In this document: positions 20,676 through 29,904 of the stretch, in pieces
Numbering within the stretch: the first letter of the stretch is position 1
How the letters are laid out: each line of letters starts with the position of its first letter
Origin: an uncultured Candidatus Saccharibacteria bacterium
GTDB taxonomy: Bacteria > Patescibacteriota > Saccharimonadia > Saccharimonadales > Saccharimonadaceae
Length of the DNA: 64,000 bases
Reading direction: 5' to 3'
Assembly (NCBI GenBank): GCA_964483955.1
Contig: CAZADM010000001.1
Coordinates: 20,719-84,718, forward strand
Program-made: the position numbers and the translations under genes
Notes under the pieces: model-generated
What the model saw: only the letters and a program-made list of their open reading frames with translations
Told to the model about the DNA's origin: nothing
The model's database searches: none

Positions 20676-20712
20676 AAATAAAACACCCCAAGGCACCGGG
20701 GTGTTTTTGTAT
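20676..20712. terminator. Bidirectional intrinsic terminator between the small transcription unit (+) and the dsbA-like gene (-)
   Basis: Stem ACACCCC / GGGGTGT is flanked by an A-run upstream and TTTTT downstream, so both strands read hairpin plus U-tract. Confidence 0.75.
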
Positions 20713-20728
20713 TGATGGACGTAACTGC

Positions 20729-21415
20729 TTAGAGTAATGCGTCAATTTCTTTCTTTAAAGCGGTGAGGTCACTATTAGAAATGCCCTGTGCTGCCTCGTC
20801 GGAAATTTTCTTACCATTGAGAATAAACGTCGGTGTCGATGACACTTCGTCTTTCTTTCCAAGTGCTTGATCAAAACTAATCTTTTTCGCTACCTTTTCG
20901 CTTGCAAGGTCTTGCTTGAAGGTATCCGAATTAAGCTGAAGTGCTTCTGCATACTTATTAAATATTTCGGTGCGTGATGTAGGGTCTGCATTTTGCCACT
21001 CAGCCTGTGCCTGGAAAAGATTGAGGTTCATTTCCCAGTACTTTCCCTGGAGCCCAGCTGCTTCTGCTGCAGCTGCGGCAGCTTTTGCATTAGGGTGAAT
21101 GGTAGTGAGTGGGAAATTCCTAAATACAAAAGCAATTTTATCACCATACTCATCCATGAGAAGCTTCATGTTTGGCGATGCCCCTGCACATCCTGGGCAT
21201 TGAAAATCACCATACTCAATAAGAACAACCTTGCTATCCTTATTTCCCATTACGTGGTCACCAATAGTACCGCTGGCATCTGATCCGACGAGAATTGTCG
21301 ATGTGTTAACTGCCGATACGTCAAGCGGCGGGTTTGCTATGCGTGTCCATGCTATGAGGCTTCCCAGCACTAGAACGACGGCAGTCACAAATATAATCCA
21401 ACCTGTTTTTGTCAT
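20729..21415 (-). CDS. Membrane-anchored DsbA/BdbD-family thiol:disulfide oxidoreductase
   Basis: N-terminal TM (WIIFVTAVVLVLGSLIAW) and the thioredoxin motif YGDFQCPGCA. The start is set at MTKTGW (21415); the longer ORF-track N-terminus overlaps the divergent neighbour. Confidence 0.8.
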   Translation of the reverse strand: MTKTGWIIFVTAVVLVLGSLIAWTRIANPPLDVSAVNTSTILVGSDASGTIGDHVMGNKDSKVVLIEYGDFQCPGCAGASPNMKLLMDEYGDKIAFVFRNFPLTTIHPNAKAAAAAAEAAGLQGKYWEMNLNLFQAQAEWQNADPTSRTEIFNKYAEALQLNSDTFKQDLASEKVAKKISFDQALGKKDEVSSTPTFILNGKKISDEAAQGISNSDLTALKKEIDALL

Positions 21416-21470
21416 GTATTCCTCCTGTTTTCTCATACTATTGTACCAGACGCTGGGGTACAATAGAGAC

Positions 21471-22481
21471 ATGCTTATGTCTATTGTACTTATTATTGTG
21501 TTTGTGCTTGCGGTTATTTTAGGCTCCGTGCCGCTTCCCTCGGATTCTCTTCGACGCTCAGAGCTTATTCGTCGTGCGAAGCATTCTGCCGCCTTTAAAA
21601 AACGGCTTGAACGGGATAGCCTGCATGTCCATGCAAGGACAATGCTTGGTGCCACAAGTATCTTTGTGGCGATACTCTTTACTTCACTAACCGTTGTAGC
21701 GTACGGCTGGCTTGGTGGTGTGTTTGTCTCGTGTGTCGCTGCAGTGTTATATGTATTTCTAGTGAGGCAATCAGGCGTTCGCACACTTAGTGCTCGTTTA
21801 TTCCAGTATGTAGACCCGTATGTGTTTGCATTTGCACGCAAAGTGCCGCCTGTTTGGAAATTCCTGCGTATTACTCCAAGGCACCCAGTAGCCGATACCC
21901 TCGTGCTTTCGTCAAGAGAGGAGCTTGAAGAGGCGATTGCCCTGTCGGCCGATGCCCTCAGTCATCGAGAGCGGCAACTTCTTGGCCATGTACTTGCTTT
22001 TAACGATAAGAAAGTTTGTGACGTTATGACGCCACGGTCTGTGATACGAACGGTTAATAGGGCAGAATTTCTAGGTCCACTTGTTCTTGATGAGCTCCAT
22101 AACACTGGACACGGTCGCCTGCCAGTTATTGACGGTGATATCGATCATGTTGTCGGTATATTGCATTTGCGTGATTTGCTATCTCTTGAGAACAAGAAGT
22201 CCGCAATTGCAGAGGCACTTATGGAGAAGAAAGTTTTCTATGTAAACGAAGATACTGCACTGTACAGTGCACTTGCAAGCTTTATTCGTCACCATCACCA
22301 CCTCTTCATTGTTGTGAATAATCAGCGGGAAACGGTTGGTCTCTTGACACTTGAGGATGTTATCGAGGCACTTATAGGTGAGGCGATAGTCGATGAGGAC
22401 GATCAGAATACGGACATGCGTAAGAAGGCGGCTCAAAAAGCAGGCGAGAATAATAACAGCCCTCATGGCATCTACCTCTAG
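21471..22481 (+). CDS. DUF21/CNNM-type membrane protein with a CBS-domain pair (CorC/hemolysin family)
   Basis: TM-rich N-terminus followed by DVMTPRS..., HGRLPVIDGDIDHVVGILHLRDLL, LFIVVNNQRETVGLLTLEDVIEALIGE. The start is set at MLMSIVL (21471). Confidence 0.75.
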   Translation: MLMSIVLIIVFVLAVILGSVPLPSDSLRRSELIRRAKHSAAFKKRLERDSLHVHARTMLGATSIFVAILFTSLTVVAYGWLGGVFVSCVAAVLYVFLVRQSGVRTLSARLFQYVDPYVFAFARKVPPVWKFLRITPRHPVADTLVLSSREELEEAIALSADALSHRERQLLGHVLAFNDKKVCDVMTPRSVIRTVNRAEFLGPLVLDELHNTGHGRLPVIDGDIDHVVGILHLRDLLSLENKKSAIAEALMEKKVFYVNEDTALYSALASFIRHHHHLFIVVNNQRETVGLLTLEDVIEALIGEAIVDEDDQNTDMRKKAAQKAGENNNSPHGIYL

Positions 22482-22516
22482 AAAAGTTCCCCTTACGGTG
22501 GTAAAATAAGGGTACT

Positions 22517-23830
22517 ATGACACGAGTACTTACCGATACAATCGCCTCTCATATAGGCGAAACCATCACAATTGAAGGATGGCTACACAAAAAACGTCTT
22601 CTTGGCGGTCTTAATTTTATTACACTTCGCGATCGCCGCGGCCTCGCTCAGACGCTTGTAGAAGATAAGGCTGAAGTAGAGAAATTGCGTGGCATGCAAA
22701 TTGGTACCGTTCTAAAGCTCACGGGTACCGTTGTTGCAGATGATCGTGCACCTGGTGGTGCAGAGCTTCACGATGTCCATGTTGATGTCCGGGTTCCTGT
22801 GATAGATGAATCTCCTATTGAAATCGACAAGCCGCTTGATCATAAATCTGAAAATCTAGACACACTTTTTGAGCATCGTGTCATTGGATTGCGTAACCTT
22901 CAAGAGGCGGCAATCTTTAAGATACAGGCAGAGGTAAAAGATGCCGCACGTTCATACTTTGCCGCACATGAGTTTACCGAGTTTAACTCACCAAAGCTCC
23001 TTCCTGCGGCAACAGAGGGCGGTGCAGAGGTATTCAAGCTCGATTACTTTGGTAAAGAGGCGACACTTGCACAAAGTGCACAGTTCTATAAGCAAATTAT
23101 GGTGGGTGTTTTTGAACGCGCGTATGAAATTAATCCGACATACCGAGCTGAGCTATCCGCAACTACCCGTCACATGACTGAATTCATTCATATCGATGCC
23201 GAAATGGGGTTTGTGACCTTTGATGAGCTCCTTGAGACCGTGGGTGGCCTCATCCACTCTGTCGTTGATCGCGTATGGGAAAAGCACGAAGCATCACTAA
23301 AGCGTTGGAACGCTACCCCTGTAAAGCTTTCTGATACACTTCCACGGATGGCTCTTGAAGAGGTGCATGAACTATACTCAAAGGCAACAGGCGAAGACAC
23401 TCGTGGAGAGAAAGACCTTCGGCCTGATGAAGAGCGTTGGGTTACTGAGTATACAAAGAAGAAGTTTGGTAGCGAGGCGGTTTTTGTAGTAGATTGGCCT
23501 GTTGATGAAATGAAATTCTATCATCGTATCTCTGCAGATACTCCGCAGTTTGCCGAACGTGCAGACCTTATCTTCCGCGGTGTAGAGGTTGCAACTATTA
23601 GTATGCGAGAACACCGCTACGACGTGCTTCTTGATCAGCTTGTGAATATTGCAGGTGGCGACCCTGAGGCCGAAGGCTTTAAATATTACCTTCAGGCATT
23701 CCGTTATGGCTTGCCACCACATGGTGGGTTCGGCATGGGGCTTGAACGTCTTACGCAGAAGATTGTCGGCTTGAAGAATGTTAAAGAGGCATCGCTGTTT
23801 CCTCGGGATATCAACCGCCTCGGTCCCTGA
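22517..23830 (+). CDS. aspS: Aspartyl-tRNA synthetase, archaeal/eukaryal-type short form (probably non-discriminating)
   Basis: 437 aa with an OB-fold N-terminus (FITLRDRRGLAQ), LAQSAQFYKQ, the class II motifs YRAE..TTRHMTEF and GLPPHGGFGMGLERL. Confidence 0.85.
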   Translation: MTRVLTDTIASHIGETITIEGWLHKKRLLGGLNFITLRDRRGLAQTLVEDKAEVEKLRGMQIGTVLKLTGTVVADDRAPGGAELHDVHVDVRVPVIDESPIEIDKPLDHKSENLDTLFEHRVIGLRNLQEAAIFKIQAEVKDAARSYFAAHEFTEFNSPKLLPAATEGGAEVFKLDYFGKEATLAQSAQFYKQIMVGVFERAYEINPTYRAELSATTRHMTEFIHIDAEMGFVTFDELLETVGGLIHSVVDRVWEKHEASLKRWNATPVKLSDTLPRMALEEVHELYSKATGEDTRGEKDLRPDEERWVTEYTKKKFGSEAVFVVDWPVDEMKFYHRISADTPQFAERADLIFRGVEVATISMREHRYDVLLDQLVNIAGGDPEAEGFKYYLQAFRYGLPPHGGFGMGLERLTQKIVGLKNVKEASLFPRDINRLGP

Positions 23831-23838
23831 GGGCACAT

Positions 23839-24687
23839 ATGGAAACCACGCCACTTCAGGGCACACTGACACCGGAAGAAGTTTACGAATTCCAGGAGCA
23901 TATCTGGGAGCAGGCGAAACGTCTCTATCGGCCAATGCCATGGCGTGAAGACCCAACCCCGTACAGGGTACTTGTCAGCGAGATTATGCTTCAGCAAACA
24001 CAGGTAGACAGGGTGTTGCCAAAATTCTTGGCGTTTATGGAGAGGTTTCCGACGCTTGAGGTGCTTGCAGAGTCGCCGCTTGCTGATGTTCTGTTACTTT
24101 GGAATGGACTTGGCTATAATCGTCGGGCGAAGTTTCTTCATGAGGCGGCAAAAAAGCTCTGCGAAGAGCACGGCGGCACCTTTCCCAGGACGGTCAAGGA
24201 GCTTACCTCCCTGCCAGGCGTTGGGGTGAATACGGCAGGGGCACTGCTTGCCTATAGCTTTAATATTCCACAAGTATTTATAGAAACGAATATTCGAACC
24301 GTCTACTTCTTTCATTTTTTCCAGGATACAGACGTCATTGATGATGTTACAGTGCGTCATTATGTCACGCAAACAATTGACAGGGAACATCCCCGTGAAT
24401 GGTATTGGGCACTTATGGACTACGGGACGCACTTAAAGAAGCAGGGACTTGGCTTTAACAGTAAGAGCCGACACTACAAGAAGCAGGCCCCACTAAGAGG
24501 GAGTATTCGGGAGGTGCGTGGTCAGATATTGAAACTACTCACCAGTATGGAAACAAAATCAGTTCCGTATAGCCTTCTTGAGGATACGTATATCGATGAT
24601 GAGCGTTTTAAGCGTGCCTACGACGGCCTTGTGGACGACGGGCTGATAGTGTTACGGCATGACAATACGGTGCATCTTGCGTCATAA
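23839..24687 (+). CDS. HhH-GPD base-excision DNA glycosylase (MutY/Nth-like) without the 4Fe-4S cysteine cluster
   Basis: YRVLVSEIMLQQTQVDRV, GLGYNRRAKFL, LPGVGVNTAGA. No Cys-x6-Cys-x2-Cys-x5-Cys after the WYWALMDYGT block. Confidence 0.75.
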   Translation: METTPLQGTLTPEEVYEFQEHIWEQAKRLYRPMPWREDPTPYRVLVSEIMLQQTQVDRVLPKFLAFMERFPTLEVLAESPLADVLLLWNGLGYNRRAKFLHEAAKKLCEEHGGTFPRTVKELTSLPGVGVNTAGALLAYSFNIPQVFIETNIRTVYFFHFFQDTDVIDDVTVRHYVTQTIDREHPREWYWALMDYGTHLKKQGLGFNSKSRHYKKQAPLRGSIREVRGQILKLLTSMETKSVPYSLLEDTYIDDERFKRAYDGLVDDGLIVLRHDNTVHLAS

Positions 24688-24692
24688 AAAGG

Positions 24693-24698
24693 TATAAT
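24693..24698 (+). promoter_or_regulatory. -10 box TATAAT 8 nt upstream of the ATG at 24707 (candidate leaderless promoter)
   Basis: ggTATAATaagggtatATG. There is no room for an SD-containing leader if this -10 is used. Confidence 0.4.
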
Positions 24699-24706
24699 AA
24701 GGGTAT

Positions 24707-25258
24707 ATGCGTGTTATTTTTCGCTATTTAATTATTGTCTCACTGTCACTTGCGGCGGTATTTTTACTTGGGTCTATTGGGCAGTCACCATCTGTTAGTG
24801 CTGCGTCCGAACCACTTTCTGACGAGCAGCGGGTAGCAATCAAGAGCCAGTGCAGCCAAATTAAATCTTCCCTTGGTCAATTGCATGCGTCAGATGCACT
24901 TTTGCGAGTGAACCGTGGTCAAGTGTACGAGTCGCTTTCGAGCAAAATTATGTATCCGTTTGTTGCTCGGCTTTCATCTAACGGGCTTGATAGCAAAGCA
25001 TTAAATGCACGAGCAGCACAATACAAGCACGAGCTGTCGCAATTCCGAGCAGACTACATTCTCTATGAGCAGAAGCTTTCAGAGACCCTCAGGGTCGACT
25101 GTCGACAAAAACCCGAGGACTTCTATAGAGTTCTCATGGAGGCACGTAGCCTCCGCCAGGTTGTGCATAAAGACGTCCAGAACCTCCACCGCACCATTGA
25201 TGATTACGGTGTGTCAGTGCGTGACTTTTCGCTTAATTTTCAGCGGGTTGCCGAGTAG
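24707..25258 (+). CDS. Hypothetical secreted helical protein
   Basis: Signal peptide (..GQSPSVSA/ASEP). The ORF fills the gap and abuts the next gene. Confidence 0.55.
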   Translation: MRVIFRYLIIVSLSLAAVFLLGSIGQSPSVSAASEPLSDEQRVAIKSQCSQIKSSLGQLHASDALLRVNRGQVYESLSSKIMYPFVARLSSNGLDSKALNARAAQYKHELSQFRADYILYEQKLSETLRVDCRQKPEDFYRVLMEARSLRQVVHKDVQNLHRTIDDYGVSVRDFSLNFQRVAE

Positions 25259-25639
25259 ATGACTGGTACTACGCATAGCACCAAAGACCACACGCCAGCA
25301 CTGTCGCGTCCATTCTGGATGCGTCATCAGCTTCTTATGCTTTTGATCGGATCAATTACAGCGGCACTTCTTCTTACCGTAGTAAGTGTTTTTATTTACA
25401 CACAGTCTGGTGCTGCACAACTCGATCTCAGCCGTCCCGGGTATCGTGCTGTCAGTGACAAGGTGGAATATGGGCCGGACATGGATACGTACGACAGCAC
25501 AGGGCCTGTAACGGCAGATTCACTCAAGGATTTTACTACGCTGTATACAGAGCAGTCAGAGAAGGCTAAAGCTGTTGATGCATTTTCCGGTGACCCACTC
25601 AACCCAGAGGTGCTTGGGTTTGGTTCTAGCTCTCAGTAG
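25259..25639 (+). CDS. Hypothetical single-pass membrane protein
   Basis: The ATG directly follows the upstream TAG. TM is LLMLLIGSITAALLLTVVSVFIY. Confidence 0.5.
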   Translation: MTGTTHSTKDHTPALSRPFWMRHQLLMLLIGSITAALLLTVVSVFIYTQSGAAQLDLSRPGYRAVSDKVEYGPDMDTYDSTGPVTADSLKDFTTLYTEQSEKAKAVDAFSGDPLNPEVLGFGSSSQ

Positions 25640-26933
25640 GTAGTTGGTTATTTGCGTGTGATGACGTCTGTGCATACTGACGAACCCACGCATCAATTGA
25701 GCCAGCACCCATGCAGAGGACGAGGCTTCCGTTGGACCGGGCGGTTGTAATTGCGGTAGCTAGATTGTCGTCAAGTTCGGCTTCATAGACAGGGGTTTTT
25801 GGGGATAGGTTTTGCGTCAGATGCTGTGGCGTAAGCACGGGCTGACTTGGATCTTCTCTGGTAAGAAACGTTGGAAGCCAATAGATAGCATCTGCACCGT
25901 CAAAAACATCATCAGTATAATCTTTCTGTATTTCGTGCTGCCTTCTATTTTGGTGGGGCTGGTATACAAGTACCACAGAAGACGCTACTTCTTTTGCAAG
26001 TTGGAGTGTCGCTGTGATTTCCTTTGGATGATGCCCGTAGTCACTATAGAGGAGTGGGGCAATACGCTCGAAGCGCCTATCTGTACCAGGGAAGTCATTG
26101 ATAATAGCCATGGCGACATCTTTCGAACAGAGCGAAAGGTGAGAGAGGAGATTCCATACCAGCGTTGCATTTTTTCGTACATGAGCACCCGCAATGGACG
26201 CGTCATGTTTTGTGAGGATATCCTCGGCATCGTCTAGTACGGTCATAGCCATTGACAGGGGTGCAGTACTGTACGCAAGGTCAGACTTCCATGCTATTGT
26301 GTATCCGGATTGTTTTATGTACTGCACAAATGCTTGTTTGTATATGTCTTCAGTTGGATAGGTGTCGGGGTGGTCGTAGTCTATAGAAGTGATGAGTGAT
26401 ATTTCCGGAGTAAAGTGGAGGAAGTTTCGGTCAAATTCATCGCACTCGTATATAAAATACTCACTATCTGGATTATAGGCACCGCTTGGCCCAAATGACA
26501 AAGTTGTTCCCACTGAATAGCTGACTGGAATGCCAAGTTGTTTGAATGCCCAAACCGCAAGCCCTGTTGTACTTGTCTTTCCGTGTGTTCCTGCGACAGC
26601 AATCATTTTAAGAGAATGAGATTTAAGGAATTCGGCAAGGAATTCGTCACGTTTTGCAGTGCGAATGCCAAGCTGCTTCGCCTTCATGAGTTCTGGGTGT
26701 GTATCAGGAAGTGCAGAGGTGTACACAAACCAGTCAAGTGGATGAAGGAGGTGTTGTTTTTCCAGGAAGTACCCATCTTGCCCTATGGACACTGTGATGC
26801 CTTTTTCTGTCAGTTGCTGTGTAATGCGCCCTTCTGCCATATCTGAGCCCACGACAGTATCTCCTGCATCATGTGCAATTTCAGCAAGGGGTCCTATGCC
26901 GACGCCGCCAATGCCGGAAAAATAGATATTCAT
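25626..26933 (-). CDS. murC: UDP-N-acetylmuramate--L-alanine ligase (MurC/Mpl family)
   Basis: MNIYFSGIGGVGIGPLAEIA..GSDM, VAGTHGKTSTTGL, ECDEFDRNF, IDYDHPD. Confidence 0.85.
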   Translation of the reverse strand: MNIYFSGIGGVGIGPLAEIAHDAGDTVVGSDMAEGRITQQLTEKGITVSIGQDGYFLEKQHLLHPLDWFVYTSALPDTHPELMKAKQLGIRTAKRDEFLAEFLKSHSLKMIAVAGTHGKTSTTGLAVWAFKQLGIPVSYSVGTTLSFGPSGAYNPDSEYFIYECDEFDRNFLHFTPEISLITSIDYDHPDTYPTEDIYKQAFVQYIKQSGYTIAWKSDLAYSTAPLSMAMTVLDDAEDILTKHDASIAGAHVRKNATLVWNLLSHLSLCSKDVAMAIINDFPGTDRRFERIAPLLYSDYGHHPKEITATLQLAKEVASSVVLVYQPHQNRRQHEIQKDYTDDVFDGADAIYWLPTFLTREDPSQPVLTPQHLTQNLSPKTPVYEAELDDNLATAITTARSNGSLVLCMGAGSIDAWVRQYAQTSSHANNQLPTES

Positions 26934-27019
26934 ATGTTCAGTATACCACCTGTCGGCTTGTTTAAGGTGTCAAACTGTGTCATAATGGTGGAAAATAGCC
27001 CACGAGGTAAACATAAAAA

Positions 27020-28237
27020 ATGATACGAAAATTCTTCCATACGTTGCTTTTGCGTCGCCGCTTTTGGCGCTACGCGACAATGAGCGAAGTTGCAGAAATC
27101 TATATTGCACGCATGCTGAGAATAGCCGCATTGTACATGGTAAGTGCATTCATTGTCATCTACCTTTACCAGAACGGCTTTTCTGTGGCAAAAATCGCAT
27201 TTATATGGGCACTCTGGTATGCCTTTAAGGCCATAATAGCGCTTCCGTTTGCTACCGTTATTGCCTGGATTGGGCCAAAACACGCTACATTCATTTCCAA
27301 CCTTCTCTATATTCCCGCTATGATACTCATCGCCCTATTACCCGAGCATGGGCACTGGCTTCTTGTTCCAGCACTTATTCTGCAGGGGTGCAGTACGGTT
27401 CTGTATACCATATCCCATTCGGTCAACTTCTCTAAGGTGAAGAGTGTCCACAAGGCGGGCAAAGAAATTGCCGTTATGAATATACTTGAAAAACTAACTG
27501 CAAGTATAAGTCCAATGGTTGGTGGGTTTGTTGCGATGGTATGGGGTCCACAGGTAGTGATTGTTCTCTCTGCCTTCCTCTTTTTATTTGCCGCTGCACC
27601 ATTATTTAAGACCGGAGAGCAAGTTCAGACGCGTCGCGTACTTACCTTTCGGGGATTCTCGTGGCGACTTTTCTTCTCTCAGTTCGCAGGTCATTATGCA
27701 GTAGGGTATGATGTTTTCGTCTCTGGTGCTGCCTGGTCACTTTTTGTGGCTATTGCTGTTATTGGTATAGATAAAAACAACGAGGTGTACGCTATAACGG
27801 GGGTGCTGCTTTCGGTTGTATTCTTTGTGTCACTTGTCTTTTCCTACCTCTTCGGACGTCTTGTCGATCGACGGAAGGGATGGGAGCTCTATAAGGCGGG
27901 TGCGGCCATGACTATTGCCGTGAATGCTATGCGACCATTTATAACAACAACAATTGCCGTTGTTGGCATAAACGCCTCTCGTGAAGCCACACATACGGCC
28001 TACATGCTTCCCTATACACGCGGCGTCTTTGACACTGCCGACGTATCGGGTGCACGTTCAACGTATATCGGTCTTGTAGATTTAACCTCTAATCTTGGTG
28101 CCTCTGCCGCCGCCGCCCTTCTTGGAGTGCTCGCACTTACTATGCCCGAGGATACGTCGTTCAGGATCTTTTTCCTTATCTCTGCGTTTGTGATGCTGCT
28201 GCTATTCACTATACGGTTCCCACTTTATAAGAAGTAA
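27020..28237 (+). CDS. MFS-type transporter
   Basis: About 12 predicted hydrophobic segments, 405 aa, and a central cytoplasmic loop (KTGEQVQTRRVLTFRG). Confidence 0.6.
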   Translation: MIRKFFHTLLLRRRFWRYATMSEVAEIYIARMLRIAALYMVSAFIVIYLYQNGFSVAKIAFIWALWYAFKAIIALPFATVIAWIGPKHATFISNLLYIPAMILIALLPEHGHWLLVPALILQGCSTVLYTISHSVNFSKVKSVHKAGKEIAVMNILEKLTASISPMVGGFVAMVWGPQVVIVLSAFLFLFAAAPLFKTGEQVQTRRVLTFRGFSWRLFFSQFAGHYAVGYDVFVSGAAWSLFVAIAVIGIDKNNEVYAITGVLLSVVFFVSLVFSYLFGRLVDRRKGWELYKAGAAMTIAVNAMRPFITTTIAVVGINASREATHTAYMLPYTRGVFDTADVSGARSTYIGLVDLTSNLGASAAAALLGVLALTMPEDTSFRIFFLISAFVMLLLFTIRFPLYKK

Positions 28238-28324
28238 GCTGCCTGCTTGTATCACCCCTCTTCGTGCTATACTAATAATATATTGTGAGGGTGGGAGCAC
28301 TCAGTATGCCAGTAGGGCGGAATT

Positions 28325-28957
28325 GTGAAATCTAAAGAAGTAGTACATAGAGGAATTGAACGGCTGCAGTATGTAAAGACATGGCAGCTGGTTATTGTGT
28401 TGATTCTATTTTCTTTTATAGCCGCGACATTTTTAAGGCTCAATAATATCGGAATGGTCCAAAGAAGAGACGCCGTATTGGCCGCTGACCAAGAGGGAAG
28501 TCCTGAAAAGATACATCAAAGATTGTACGATTTACAACATTATGTCGCACGCCACATGAACACCGATCTGGGCCTTGGTGTACCACTGAACGCCAGTTAT
28601 GCTAGAGATTACCAAACCTGGCAACAGAGCCGCTATGGGGTGAATAATCCAAATGGAAATATCTATAAAAAAGCACAAGAAGTATGTGCACCGCAATTCT
28701 CGTCTTATTCACAAGCATATCTTCAATGTACCACTAATGAATTGGCAAAATATCCCGCCGCTGATGCCGAAAATAATGATGCCGATAAGCCTCGGAAGGA
28801 AACCTACGTTCACTCCTTTACATCACCAGCCTGGAGTCCTGATTTTGCCGGGTGGAGTCTGTTGATTGTTGGTGCAATTGCCGTGCTCATTGTCGTCCGA
28901 AGTATTGCGTATCTTGTCCTCAAATTCCTCTTAAATAGGCAGTATAAGCGGATTTGA
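28325..28957 (+). CDS. Hypothetical membrane protein (N- and C-terminal TM helices, extracytoplasmic middle)
   Basis: GTG start. TMs are WQLVIVLILFSFIAATFL and WSLLIVGAIAVLIVV. Confidence 0.5.
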   Translation: MKSKEVVHRGIERLQYVKTWQLVIVLILFSFIAATFLRLNNIGMVQRRDAVLAADQEGSPEKIHQRLYDLQHYVARHMNTDLGLGVPLNASYARDYQTWQQSRYGVNNPNGNIYKKAQEVCAPQFSSYSQAYLQCTTNELAKYPAADAENNDADKPRKETYVHSFTSPAWSPDFAGWSLLIVGAIAVLIVVRSIAYLVLKFLLNRQYKRI

Positions 28958-29025
28958 TGTTGACAGCACCCCCCGTAAGGCGGTACGCTAACACCGTATA
29001 GAACTAATAGGAGGTATATACTTAT

Positions 29026-29232
29026 ATGGCGTATAGTCACACAAATTCCAAAGGCATCACTTATTACCTGCACAGCACCGAAGTTACACTTCGTGGCGGT
29101 AAGCCGCAGACAATCTTCTTCTTCGCTAAGGTTGAGAAGAACGAAAAGGGTACTCCTGTAGACCTTCCTGCTGATCGTATTGTGAAGGAAAACCCACGCA
29201 ACGGTTTCCTTACTGTTTCTAAGAAGAAGTAG
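29026..29232 (+). CDS. Small basic hypothetical protein (68 aa)
   Basis: AGGAGG lies 7-8 nt upstream of the ATG, and an intrinsic terminator follows. Confidence 0.55.
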   Translation: MAYSHTNSKGITYYLHSTEVTLRGGKPQTIFFFAKVEKNEKGTPVDLPADRIVKENPRNGFLTVSKKK

Positions 29233-29310
29233 TTTTACACAGGTACGAAAAAAGCACTTGCACCATAAGCGGATTCCGCCTATACTAAGTTCAAACAAAC
29301 AGGTGCTTAA

Positions 29311-29341
29311 AAACACTCCCATTCCCCGGGAGTGTTTTTAT
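29311..29341 (+). terminator. Rho-independent terminator
   Basis: Stem AACACTCCC / GGGAGTGTT followed by TTTATTT. Confidence 0.75.
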
Positions 29342-29456
29342 TTACCCGCTTAGTGCTTTCTTGTTGAAATGAGCAAAGCCCCACTAGATAGTACCTAGTG
29401 GGGCTATAATAGCTCCTGAGTGTGTCTGTGCTGCTTGTATGTGCGTGTCACTGCGT

Positions 29457-29717
29457 CTATAGTGCTGGTGCGAGCTGTGAGATCTGGGTGATCTTATCCG
29501 GCCGAAACCCAGACCAGTGATCTATGCCATCTTCAAACAACTCACTCTCGGCAAGAACAACGGGTGCTTGTAGGTAGCCGAGCTCCTTGACTTGCTCAAG
29601 GGCCTGAGGACTTTCCGACAAATCGATGACGTTGTATTTCATGCCCGCAGAATCAAGTGCTCGGTATGTTGCCGTGCATTGAACACAGCTTGGCTTTGTG
29701 AAGACGGTGATGACCAT
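29457..29717 (-). CDS. nrdH: NrdH-like glutaredoxin
   Basis: MVITVFTKPSCVQCTATYRALD...YLQAPVV has the CVQC redox motif and NrdH length. The Met at 29717 has better SD spacing than the GTG at 29726. Confidence 0.8.
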   Translation of the reverse strand: MVITVFTKPSCVQCTATYRALDSAGMKYNVIDLSESPQALEQVKELGYLQAPVVLAESELFEDGIDHWSGFRPDKITQISQLAPAL

Positions 29718-29904
29718 CGCTATCACTTCCTTTCAAGTAAGAAGAGGGGGAAGGTCCCGCTCTTATGATTAAAAGGGTGCAGTAGACTATATTCAGGAGC
29801 GATTCATGCACTCAAGAATAAGGAATACTACCCCCTACGGTGTACTCAACCCTCCAGTGAGAGTGCGAATCTAGGCCTTATTGTATGCCAATCCGCACAT
29901 AAGT

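Noticed and set aside
21231-21470. The N-terminal 80-aa extension of the CBS/DUF21 ORF.
   Set aside because: It overlaps the dsbA-like coding region on the opposite strand. The hydrophobic DUF21-like N-terminus begins at MLMSIVL (21471).
21416-21841. The N-terminal 142-aa extension of the dsbA-like ORF (ORF track 20729-21841).
   Set aside because: The extension overlaps the divergent CBS-domain gene and has non-protein-like composition. The recognisable protein (TM anchor plus CPGC thioredoxin fold) starts at the Met at 21415.
23378-23997. Two overlapping minus-strand ORFs (192 aa and 97 aa).
   Set aside because: They are antisense to the 3' end of aspS and the 5' end of the glycosylase gene, both of which carry strong family signatures.
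28810-29322. A 170-aa minus-strand ORF.
   Set aside because: It runs antisense across two plus-strand genes that have SDs and a terminator. It also contains the terminator hairpin and has no start signals.
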